From assembly GCA_036172245.1 (NCBI GenBank), contig JAYWIR010000011.1:1736001-1800000 (forward strand): a stretch of DNA of 64,000 nucleotides, read 5' to 3'. The stretch comes from Raillietiella orientalis (Eukaryota). A model generated the notes under the pieces. The model had not been told where the DNA came from. It was given only the letters and a program-made list of their open reading frames with translations, and did no database searches. Positions 1 through 10,580 of the stretch are shown piece after piece (the stretch's first letter is position 1; each line of letters opens with the position of its first letter). The translations under genes were made by a program, and so were the position numbers.

Positions 1-519
1 CTGATTAAGATCGCACCCAGCATCAATTATCAATTACGCGGGCGACCGCCTGAGTCGGCGATTCCGTGTGATGCGCTCTGATGCTCGACTTCTCGCCCAG
101 ACCAACATCTCCTTCTGTTGAATGGGTTCCTCCTGAGAGAGGCTGCGATCATGCAACGAAGAGAATTCACATCTGAAGGAGATGAGTAATGAAAAAAAGG
201 TTCGGGATAGCGAATCCCTCTCTCGTCAGTGGGGATCGCCATAGCGGCGACGGGGATGTTCCCCTTTGAACTCGAACCAGCACTGATGTGGGACACACCC
301 ATCTGTCTGTTTGCCCTCTCTTTCGCGATCCGGGGAACCCGCGCGCGAAGAAAGCAGCTTCAGCCCTCTCGTGGGAGTGCATCGGTAGAGCCACGGTCAC
401 CCTGCTCGGTGCTAACCGGACCCGATGCTGCTCAACTTCGCCGATGCTGAGAGCATCTTGCGGAGATCCAGGAAGTTCTCTGCATAGAGCAGAAAAATCT
501 CCCTGTGTTGCAGCTTCCC

Positions 520-2533
520 TAACAGTGTGGACCGTCACTTATCGGTGCTAACCCGGAACAATCTTCGAGACTGTAGCACGAATACGAGCCAGGCGCCCGC
601 ACTCCACCTCCCTCTTCGGCATCGTCCTTCGTTCGAGAGACTCCCGAGATTCGAGACTTTGAACTTTACGAGGCTGCAGCAACTCTGCACTGCTCATCTC
701 CGTAAGGTGCCCCACCGCCGCCGCCGCCCCATCGCGAGGAACCAGGCAAAAGTCCACTCGGGAGGAACTCTTCAGTCCCTCGATCCCGATGCCGCGACCA
801 CCCTCTCGATCCCGGATCCCGCCATTCACCTGCGCATGGACCGCCTCCCGCCGAGCGTGCCACTCACTCGCTTTCCGCAGCCGGGAACGAGGTCACGCAT
901 TCTTCAACGGTCTCGTCTCCCTCCGCGAATGACCGCAAGGGAAAAGTCCGAACAGCGATGTTCACGAGACTTCTCATCCAGCATCCGGACCATCTGTTCG
1001 GAGATGCGGTGCACTCGCGCGCGTTGCCGCGATGTCCGTACCCTCGGGGGGAACAACTCGCACGTGAGCGAATCCACCTCCGCCGGGAAAGAGTGGAGTG
1101 CAGGTCGAGGTGACCGCCAGCCGACGGTTCCCGCCGAGGAGGTTCCTCCGCTTGCCGGAGGCGAGAGGCTCCACCACGGTCGAGATGCATCTGGCGCATC
1201 CCTCTGGGGAACCTCCGCCCCCGCCATTCTTGAGAGCGCCAGAACCGCCGCGATAGGCAAAGGTGACGGCAGGACAGCCCTGAAAAACAGCGAGCCCGGC
1301 GGTCCATTTCGCGACCGAAGCGAACCGCCATTCCCTACCCCCCTTCCCTCCATGTGGGGATCAAGCCTCCTTCATCTTCTCGTTGCCACGGATCCCCGCC
1401 ATGAAGTTCCGCAGAGAGCCCTCCTGTCGCTCCCGAACGAGAGGGACGAAGAGCGGATACGCGCGGGAAGGACCCTGGAAGAACGACGAAACTGCGGCTC
1501 AGCGGTGATTCTCTTGCGCGTTTGAGGACGCCCTCCTCCCGCAACGCCTCTGAGCCGTTTCCATGGTTTCCCGCGCGCTCCGGAGCGAAGAGAGGATCCT
1601 CGCTTTTCAGCCACGGTCGCCGCAGCGGAGAGCGCAGGCATCTTCCGAGGCGGGATGAACGAGTCGCGGCGCTCCCGCAGTCAGAATCCCACGTTCGAGA
1701 TCATCTTACCGAGAGAGAAGGAAGTTTCTCGTCCAGCATCCGGACCAGGGAAAATCCGCAACGGTCGGTCATTCGAACAGCGCCGATAAACGGGTTCCGA
1801 TGAAGAAGAACGGGCCGGGAGCAGACGTCAGAGGAAGGACGGGCACCCGTCCCCGCGGCAGAACTCGCCGTATCCGCCCTCAGGGACCAGGCCCTCGGCA
1901 GGGTTCCACCGGGCTTCTTTTTCCGCTCCCCGGCGGCCCAGCCGCCACCTCGCGGGATCGGTGGCGACGCCCGGCTCGAGGAGCTCGGGCAGCTCACCGT
2001 CCCGGGGTCCGCCTCGAAATCCCGAAACCGAGCCGCGCGACCGAACTGCCGCGTTGCCAGGAGCAACGCCCCCCTCTCTCTCTTTTGAGTCGAACCGGAA
2101 GCCGATTCTCGCGCCGAGAACCTCTGCTGCGGAGTTGTCCGCGGCAGAGGCTCGCGTCACGTTCTCTGCATGCCGAATGGCTCTCCAAGCAACCAGCTCG
2201 GGTCCTCCGAGGCGTGGGCGAAGGGGATCGGAGGGCTTGCGGACGGTTCGATCGTCGGCCGTCGGCTCTTGCTATCCTGGAGGCCTTGCGAGGGTCCAGC
2301 GCACGGAATCTGCTCGGTACTCGAACACGGAGTCATGGCACGCGCGCGGTCTGTTCTCCAGATCGGGAACGAACGCTTCCGGGTTCCCTCGAAGGGTCAT
2401 CTCGCGTCCGGAAGTGCTTTGCGATCTCTTCTTTGTACGAAGAGGAGGCCCAATCGATTTCCCGCCCTCGGGAGACCCACCCCTGCCGCCTCGGCGACGA
2501 GGTTGGCGGCTGCGGACGAGAACGCCGCCGGCA
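520..2533 (+). pseudogene. Decayed leucine-rich-repeat (LRR) coding sequence
   Basis: Frameshifted LRR-like fragments: HLSVLTRNNL (~535), SFERLPRFETLNF (~630), IARNQAKVHSGGTLQSL (~730), SLSAAGNEVTH (~870), FFNGLVSLRE* (~900), HPDHLFGD (~980), TLGGNN (~1040), PGGPFRD (~1295), and LRRCT-like GDPPL...GW (~2470). Confidence 0.55.
607..2533 (+). repeat. 1.93-kb inverted duplication, copy A (pairs with 47993-49919)
   Basis: Reverse-complement match with a constant coordinate sum of 50526 at both ends and for internal ORFs. Only scattered substitutions, mostly transitions. Confidence 0.97.
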
Positions 2534-3293
2534 ACTTGTCGTCCGACGCTGTGCATTTGCGGCGCGTAGTACCTCCTGGCCGGCGTCGAGTTCAGTCGGG
2601 ATGGGCGTAGGGATTCGAAAATCGTAGGGTTTGTCTCCGGGAAGTGGGAAGAAGCGTGGCGTGTCCCGGTCAAGGACCCAGCCTTTCCGTGTCCTGTGGA
2701 AGGTGAGCATTCCGCGCCTCCCACCTCACCGTCTTTCTGAGAGCAGCATCCCCGACCAGCGCCGATCTTCTTCACCCTCAGAGGACCGGACAGATGCCGG
2801 ATGCGCCTGCCTTCCGTGTGCTCCTCGAGTCACGGGACGGGCGCGCGAACTTTCCTGGCTGCCTGTGCAGCTGCCCGCGCCCTCGTCGGAGGGGGAGACG
2901 GGATCCTCTCCTTGGTCCCACCCGAGGCGGCGAATGGGTCTGCGCAGATTGAGAAAGGGTCAGGAGTCGGCCGGCCCAGAATGGAAAGGCGAGAGCCCCT
3001 CTGGAGATGCGTGCCTCCGGAGGGATGCCCGGCAAGTAGACGGACGGATCGGCTGCGGGTTTGGGCCGGTCTCGAAGTGGTCCGTCTGGAGCCACTCCTG
3101 TCCCGCCATCCCAGTTCGGTTCGCAGAAACTGGGCGCGAGCGCGTTGGACGGCCCAGCCCTTTGCTTGGCGACTCGGAGCTCCCTCGCTCTTGACACCAC
3201 GCATTTCCGCGGAGGTGCCGAATGCTGCGACGTTTCCTTCCGCCTTAGATGCCGGCGATCCACGGTCAGGGGCAACCTTATGACTCTTTTCAG

Positions 3294-3494
3294 GGAACCC
3301 GAGAGATGCCTTGATCTGGTACTCCTGTGGGAACGTCTTGGACAGCACATTCGACATGGACACTGGTGGAACAATGAGGAACGTCTTGCACAAGAAAGCC
3401 CTCGAAAGGGAAGATCACGGGAAGAATTTATCTTGCGTCGCTAGAAACGAGAAATCTGTACAGTCTGCCTCTTCAGTGAAACTCTTACTGTATT
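3294..3494 (+). CDS. Exon of Sidestep/nephrin-like Ig-superfamily protein (C-terminal half of an Ig domain, equivalent to Side Ig2)
   Basis: Acceptor ctcttttcag|, donor |gtatga. Translates (G)NPRDALIWYSCGNVLDSTF...NVLHKKALEREDHGKNLSCVARNEKSVQSASSVKLLLY, with the Ig C-strand Trp and a D-x-G-x-x-L-x-C F strand. Phase 1 to phase 1. Confidence 0.85.
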
Positions 3495-3843
3495 GTATGA
3501 TTGTTAATGTATTTGGTACCGAGATGGCAAAATACGGGCTCCGCGTCGCGAACTTTGCTCTGTACGCCTTCGCGTTCGGCGCCTCGAGTCCCCGACCCCG
3601 ATTAACTGCAGCGCTGCCAAGTCCAGGAGACTTCAAGGATGAATTCTCCCGTAGTTGCTTTCCTTTTGAAAGCAACGTTAAGCAAGAATCCTCCTTTGTT
3701 GACGCTGATGCGCTCTTGCGCTGATGGCTCAAGTTAAACTCTTCCTTCGATGGTTCGAAGTCTTTCTTGGGAACGTCGTCGTGTGCGCCATGCTTTCTCA
3801 TAACGCCGTTTCTCAACGAGCACTCACGGAAGATTTTTTTCAG

Positions 3844-3992
3844 TGGCTCCCTTGAAGCTCTGGATTGCCAACTTCACCTCGCCCATGAGGGTCGAGGAGC
3901 TTCACGTTCTGATCTGCCACGCGGTCGGATCCTACCCCTCTGCCGAAATAACTTGGAAGCTGGACCAAGAAATACTGAACAGCTCAGTCACG
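3844..3992 (+). CDS. Side-like gene exon (N-terminal half of next Ig domain)
   Basis: Acceptor ttttttcag|; (L)APLKLWIANFTSPMRVEELHVLICHAVGSYPSAEITWKLDQEILNSSVT matches the C-x3-GS-x-P-x-A-x-ITW pattern of Side-family Ig3. Donor is at 3993 or 3996 (tandem GT). Confidence 0.88.
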
Positions 3993-4269
3993 GTGGTAGA
4001 TACGGTTTCTGGCGTGTTTAGGGATGGCACGTTTCGAAAGACGTCTTGGCCTGCGGTCAGCATGCACCGCGGGTAGCGACTGCCTTCTTTCGAGAAAAGG
4101 ACAGGTCCTGAAGGTCCTTCTTTGCGTGTGTTTCCTGCATCGACCCCCCTCCTCTCCCCCTCCCCTTCCTCAACGGTGAAGCGACGGATGTACTGCTACA
4201 GATCCAACGACGGTCCGGTCAGAGAGCGCTCTGGGCAAAGCTCTGCACGCCACGTTGGCTTACCGTCCT

Positions 4270-4460
4270 CGCTTAACCCTTTGAGTGTCCACCTTCGGGG
4301 AGCGACCCTTCAGAGAAAATTGGGAAGCGTCTCTTCGGGGTTCTCTTCCGAGGGGGAATAAGGGAACGGCACCCTCGCGGGTTTTCCCTCCGGAGATTTA
4401 AACGAGGAGAGCACTCATTTCTTCTCCGAAAGTTCCAAGAGCGGAACACCGGTTTTTTTC
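4270..4460 (+). mobile_element. Internal fragment of the same SINE-like family
   Basis: ggggagcgacccttcagagaaaattgggaagc is nearly identical to 10321-10350. Confidence 0.6.
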
Positions 4461-4949
4461 TGAGGTTTCCTTGTGTCCTCCTCGGGATCGGCCGACCAGG
4501 ACTCGTCGCGGCAGGGATCTCTTCGCGCCGGTAGGCTCGCGACCACTGGCGGCGCGCTTTATTTCGCTCTGATTGGGAGACTGTTTCGAGGGGTCTCTGG
4601 GCTGGGAAACGCCGTCTCCAGGAGAACGGAGCTCCACGCTCCCCCATCCCCTTCCCCCTCCGTCCGTGCTCCAAGAAAGGTGCGGCGGCAGCCGGCTCGC
4701 GTCCCTCCCCCCCACACACATACCCAAAAGTCGCGACCGTGCTGCCTCTACCGGGAACGCGACAGAGTTGGATGCGCAGGGCGGCTCCACCCGGAACTCG
4801 AAACTGCGTGCGTCAGCTGGAGCGAGCTGACGGTGCTCCTTCTCTCCCCACCCCCACCCCCACCCCAACGTGTAGCGAAAATGGAAAAGGGAGAAACAGA
4901 CTAGTCAGCTTCTAAGGTCAGCTCACTGCACGCGTCTCTCTCCCCCCAG

Positions 4950-5091
4950 TCTTCTCCGTCCTTCAGCGTGAGGAGCCTCCTGTACTACGAACCCACCATT
5001 GGCGACCACGGGAAGACGATCGCCTGCGAGGTCAGGAATCCCCACCTTGAGTTCCTCGCCCTGTCCGAGAGGAGGAAGCTGGATGTCCACT
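4950..5091 (+). CDS. Side-like gene exon (C-terminal half of Ig domain)
   Basis: Acceptor tctctccccccag|, donor |gtaagg; SSPSFSVRSLLYYEPTIGDHGKTIACEVRNPHLEFLALSERRKLDVH (P-x-x-x-DHGK-x-I-x-C-x-x-x-NP). Phase 0 to phase 1. Confidence 0.9.
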
Positions 5092-5618
5092 GTAAGGAGC
5101 CGTCGCTCTCGGGGTCCCTCGTGGGTGGGGTCTCACCTGCCCGCTCTGGGAGGGAAGAGCGGGGCCAAGGGTAAAGACCGCGGTAGTCTTATGCGTGTGC
5201 CTGCCCTCCCGAGGCAGCGTGCGGCCCGGCGCAGACTGCTCTCGCAGCACCCACGCCCGTGACGCAGCGACGGTTGCGCGGCCAGAGAGCACCCTGCAGA
5301 GGGTACTGCGCGGGAGAGCCTCCCCTCCCTGCTCCCTGAACCACCTTTTGACCCACCTGGTACATATGTGTTCTTCACGATATACATTAATACCCCGCGA
5401 AGCGAATTTCGAGCTGTTTCCGCATTCAGGGAGTCGGGTCGAGTTTTTCCGCCCCCGGGCAGAGTTGACTAGACTTCTAAAAAAAAAAGTCAACACGCCT
5501 ACGTGACCCCCATGTGTCCGCAGGCTATGTGCTTGCTACGTGTTTTTCCGCCATTTTGAAAACTGCCTGCGCACATGCACTTTCCATTTTTTTTTTTTTT
5601 TTTTTTTGCCATTCCCAG

Positions 5619-5749
5619 ATGCCCCGATCGTGACCTTGCACATGGACTCTCTGATGACAGCATCGGTCGCCAGAACATCGGACAACGTAACCTTAGCGTG
5701 CAAAGTCCAAGCCAATCCCGAGGTCACAAGCTACACCTGGATGAAAAAC
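5619..5749 (+). CDS. Side-like gene exon (N-terminal half of Ig domain, equivalent to Ig4)
   Basis: Poly-T tract plus attcccag|, donor |gtaggt; (Y)APIVTLHMDSLMTASVARTSDNVTLACKVQANPEVTSYTWMKN (C-x-V-x-ANP...W). Phase 1 to phase 0. Confidence 0.9.
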
Positions 5750-5789
5750 GTAGGTGTGCGCCCACGTTCGCATCGTACCCTCTCGCACG

Positions 5790-6330
5790 GCGCGGTCACG
5801 CCGGTATTTCCACTGAAGCCGCTGGCGATCAAAATCCCGAAAGATCATAAGAAATGGACACAGGTGTGCTCACTGTATGCACTGACATATATATTTATAT
5901 AATGATTAATAAATGGATTAATATATACCATGAAGATCATAAAAGATAGACACATATGTCTGTTGTGTGTATTCATATACGTATTTATACATACATACAT
6001 GTACATTTATGTAGATATATTTATATCATCTATAAACATCGATAGACGTAATAAACATATATAGTTTTTTTATACTCTTTAATTTATATATCAACAATAT
6101 AATCAACAACCCATTAATTTTATTAGTCACTGAAACTTAATAAATATATGTTTCAGTAATATTCCTGTTAATAATATGAATGTTAATGCATATGACAATA
6201 AACCTGTATGGTAATCAATGCAGAATAAGCGTACGTGTGTTTCTTTCTTATGGTCTTTCGGGATTTCGATCCTTCGGGATTTTGAACCAAACCTAAGCCA
6301 AGTGACCCCCTGACGACCCGCGGTCACTGC
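5790..6330. mobile_element. MITE/foldback-like non-autonomous DNA element with AT-rich core
   Basis: Inverted ends atcaaaatcccgaaagatcataagaaa (5828-5854) and tttcttatggtctttcgggatttcgat (~6244-6270) flank a very AT-rich ~350-bp interior. Confidence 0.65.
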
Positions 6331-8165
6331 ACGCCTGTGGCGAGACGGTACCGTTTGAGGGAACCCAGGCAGCAGTGAGAAGTGTCGCAAAGAGCAGCAG
6401 CACTCGAAGGGAGGAAGAAGATGCGCAGCCGCTGGAACCTGCCGATCTGGGAAGAGGACGAGCGCGAGGAAGGGAAGACAAAATCCGACCCCGGAAAAAA
6501 CTGGCCCTGGCGTACGCGCGCAGGACGGGGGTGGGAAGGGAGAGGGTTAGCTTGCCGGAATGCGCTCTTCTTGCGAAGGATTTGTCCTGGGAGGTTGCGA
6601 CCCACCTAGCGGGACAGCGAAGAGGACAGGCTGCCCAGCGGGCCGGTGGCGGCAGGAGGGGCGGAAAGGTCGAAGCCATCAGGCACCTCCGTACCGCTAC
6701 GTTTCGCCCTGGACCTTCTCGAGAGCGGACGGAACCGGCTGACGGAAGCTTCGCAGAAGACGACCTCAGGGACGGCTGCTCTCAGGCGCTGAAGCCGTGC
6801 TTTTCACATGTCACTTCGAGCGTGAACTTGCAACGGGTCTCCACCCTCTCGAGAGGGCCCTTCAAACGCAAATGATACTTAGGATGATGGAACGAGGAAG
6901 CCTCCGTCCACCCGGCAAAGCGCGTAAGAAAGAGAGCTCTCCGAGCAGCGCAAACTGGAAACCGAGCGCGCCGGTGGCGAAGTTGAGGTCATCAACTCAC
7001 TCGATGGGAAGCCCGGTCGAACCTCCTTGCTGCGCTTGCTGACACCCTATCTAATGCCAAAGCCTCACGGGAGGAGGTTAGTGCGAGATAGCTTCAGGGT
7101 TGCTGGTGGTCCATGTCTACTGCACCTCTGTCCATGAAGGCGCGGGAAGATGCACTTTCGCCTGAGGGTCCCAGCCTCAACTTCCTGCTTCCATCACATC
7201 AATTATTTATTTATCCATCAATTCAGCTGTTTATTTATCCTTCTGTTCACTTTGCCTGAAATACTGGCCACTGGAATGACGACGGGACTTCCTCCACCGC
7301 AGCGTGCTTGGGGCTGTCCTTCATCCCCATTTCTGGAACCCTGTCTCGCTCCAAAACCAGGAAGAGAAACTGAAGATCCCAATCGGTTTGGTCGGAACCG
7401 CTGTGTCTGTCGCATCCTCCAAATGCCACTCCAGACTGCGGAAAAGACATGCGTGCTCAGGGGTGCTACCGCACTTCATGCTACTCCGTGAAGTCTGGTC
7501 GTGTCTCAGAGTCAACTGCGTATCTGAACCTGCACCCTTCTCCTCTTCCTCCCTTCCACCTCCTGCTTTACTCTTCTTACTTCCCTTCTCCTTCATTGTC
7601 TCTTCGTTCGAGCAGCATCCACGATCCACTCACTAGCGCGTTGGATCGGCGCAGCCGCGAAACGAAACGACTCCTCCGTCTCTACCAAGAAAACCCCAAG
7701 CTCCGTCCCACTGTCCCTCTAGCAGCTTTACAAGGGAGCAGAGAACCGCCTTCCAGGCGGCGTGCAAAAGTTCCTGCCGTGTTGCGAGACTGAGGGTTGG
7801 CAAGGAGGCGTCCCTTGACGAAGAGAACCTTTTCGCCATCAAGAGTGGACTCTGGTCTTTTCCACTCTTGCCCAAGAGGCAGAGAGGAAGACGAAGACGT
7901 TCGTTCCATCCGGATAAGTGGGTATGGACGGTGTCCACAGTGACCAGTGGGCACCGAATCGAATCTTTCGTCACGCAGGCAGCGCGAAGAGCCTCATGGT
8001 AGCGCTGCAGCTCTTGGTCTCGGGGATGAGATGTTGATCTAGGACGAAACTTCAAGGCATCCGCTCGTACTTCTGAGGGGCTTGTCAACCTTGATGCCGA
8101 GGATGATGGGCGGTGTCCTCCTCCCTTTGTTTTTCTCGCAGCTGCTTCCGAGTGTTTCCTTTCAG

Positions 8166-8319
8166 GGCGTTGTTCTGCGCCTCCCTCCTCTGCAGCATCT
8201 GCCACCCTCGAATCTGCATCTCTACAGCGTAACGGAAACACATGAAGGCTTGTACGGCTGCATAGCAACCAACAGCGTCGGGAGCGGGAAGAGCAACTCT
8301 TTCTTCCTCATGGTCCAAG
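8166..8319 (+). CDS. Side-like gene exon (C-terminal half of Ig4-equivalent domain)
   Basis: Acceptor tttcctttcag|, donor |gtgcgc; GVVLRLPPLQHLPPSNLHLYSVTETHEGLYGCIATNSVGSGKSNSFFLMVQ (H-x-G-x-Y-x-C-x-A-x-N-x-x-G-x-G-x-SN). Phase 0 to phase 1. Confidence 0.9.
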
Positions 8320-10034
8320 GTGCGCTTCCCACTTCCGTCCTTCGTTAGGCAGCGTCCGCCTCAGACGCGTGCTCCCGTGTCAGGAGGAAGTACGCGACCG
8401 CAACGGCGGGGACACTGTGCAGCGTGGAGCTGCGGCGGCGAACCAATGAGCCGGCAGCTCACGTGCCCAGGGAGAGGCACCCCATGCCGCCTCCCGCGCC
8501 AGAGTCAGGAGACCGTGGCGACGAGGACGGCGTCTTGAGGAAGATTACTTGTCCCATCGGGGGCGAGGACGCCTGTTCTCTGGAGATCAGTCCCGAAGGT
8601 AGGACGGAAGCGGGCGCTGGGAGTCCCTCCGCCGGCTCCGGCAGGTCTTCCGATCCGCTCCCGACCGCGTTCTTCCGTCCGTCCGGGCGAGCTGGGACTT
8701 CTCTGAGGGGTGAGCGCAGCTCTGGCGGGGAGCTCAGCTCGCCGGCCGCACCCGTTGTCCGGAGACCGCTGTATCGCTCCGCGGCCCCTGCGGAACTTTT
8801 GCTTCTTCGCCGATACGCTGGCAGCGGGGTGCGGAACTTCGCTGTAACCCGCCGCCGCCGCTCCCGAGATGCCGATCTGGTCCCGGAGCGCGAACCGAGC
8901 TTCCGGGAGTCTTCACTCGGAAGTCTCTTCCTTCCAGAGTGAAGGGAAAGGGCGAGACGTCGGGTCAAACGGAGAACGGGACGGAGGTTCCTTCCTCGAA
9001 GCCTTTGTCCCGTCCCGGCACTGCCAGCAAGGGGGTCGCAGAAACCCCTCCGTCGGGTCGAAGGAGCGGTGAGGTCAGGGGGCGACCCATGGCCACTTGG
9101 CGGATCGAACGATCCTTCGTTAGTGGGTCCGGCTGGGCACTCGACTTCTCGTGCCACTCCCGACCGAGAAGGTGGAAGATTTTCGAACGCTTCCGGCGGG
9201 GCCGATACGCCGACGCGTGCCAAAGCGTGCGAAGGCTCGACCTGGTTCGCACCCGCTTCACCACCGGCGGGCACGTCCCTCCTCGCGAACGACCCTCTTT
9301 CCCCTCTCTTCCCCGAAATCCGAACTCTGCGACCTTTGACGCAAATTCCCCCCCCCCCCCCGGGCACTCCGGCGCGTGGTCACACGCACTCTTCGAGGAG
9401 CTGCCGGGAGCTTTGGATATCTCTCGAATCTCTCTCCTCCGGGATGAGCTGGCATTCGTGCTCGAGTCCTAACCCATATCGTTCCCTCCGTGGCTTCAGC
9501 GGAGGGATGCTGTGGTCCTCGAGCGAGCAAAAACGAAACCGACGGAGCTATTTCCAAGATAGAGGGAGGATGCTGTGCCTGCCATCCGCTTCCTGCGTTC
9601 GTCTTTCCCCTTCCGCCTTGCTCGAGATCCTGCGTTAGTCGCCACGTCAAGAGAACAGAGCGGAAGAGGATGCTCTCTGGCGGCTCACGGCTGTGCTGGC
9701 TGCAAGCGTTGCTCCCTGCGTTTTTCGCAGGGGAGACTGGCCGATGCTTCATTCTGCATTTTTCACGCGCTCACGCGTGCTCACGCTGCCTCGGTTTCTC
9801 GCGGAGCCCGCATCCGGTACACGAGATGGACGTCCCGGGAAGAGGTTACCCGAAGTTTCCGATCGTCCGGCCGAAAGCGCACAGGCAAGCCGTTCTCCCT
9901 GACTGGGTTGATCCCGGACGCGTCGTCGGCACGCACCGTCGCACTGGATGCTGGGCGCGCGCGCCACACCATTCTCCTCTCGGAGCTTCCCGCGGCGAGT
10001 TGATGACCCCTGACCACCTTGCCGTTCTTCGTCT

Positions 10035-10580
10035 CCTAGGCGTTGGCAGAGGGCCCCACCAACGTGCCCTCGTGGCTGCCGTGAGCGGCATCGAACGTAG
10101 AGGGTTTAAATCCCGCCCGGGGGAAGGGTCGACGCCGAGAAATTGGGGGGACGTCGTGGGATGCTTCCGCTGACTGGCCGATATCGGAAATCGTCCCTCC
10201 GGGGTTTTTTCAGGAATCAAGGAGCTTCGGAATTCCCCCCGGAGTTCCCCTTCGTCTGTCAAAATCGAGATGATGGATCGGTACCTCTCCAGAGTGTGAA
10301 GAAGCGCGCCGTTCCCTTTGGGGAGCGACCCTTCAGAGAAATTTGGAAGCATCCCTTCGGGGCTCCTCGTCGGAGGATCATAAGGAGCTCCTCCTCGAGA
10401 GGAAACTATGGAGTGGCTCCTTATGTGGAGTCCCTCCGAGGGAATAAGGAAGAGGTTCCCTTCGGAGGCAACCAGGGAGAGGCTTCAATTCGGGGTTTCT
10501 TCTACCAAGCGTAAGAGTGGACTGCTTCCTTCAGAGCCCTTCCTGGATTCATAGGGTTATCCCCTTCCTTGAAAAGCTAT
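10035..10580 (+). mobile_element. tRNA-derived SINE-like repeat copy
   Basis: Degenerate B box (gggtttaaatccc) in the head. Body motifs (ggatgc..ccg.tgactgg, ctctccagagtgtgaagaagcgcg, ttcctggattcatagg) are shared with the copies at 15.6, 23, 31 and 62.4 kb. Confidence 0.7.

Noticed and set aside
527..1525. 332-aa ORF as an intact gene
   Set aside because: LRR motifs switch between frames and consensus residues are degraded, so it is treated as a pseudogene.
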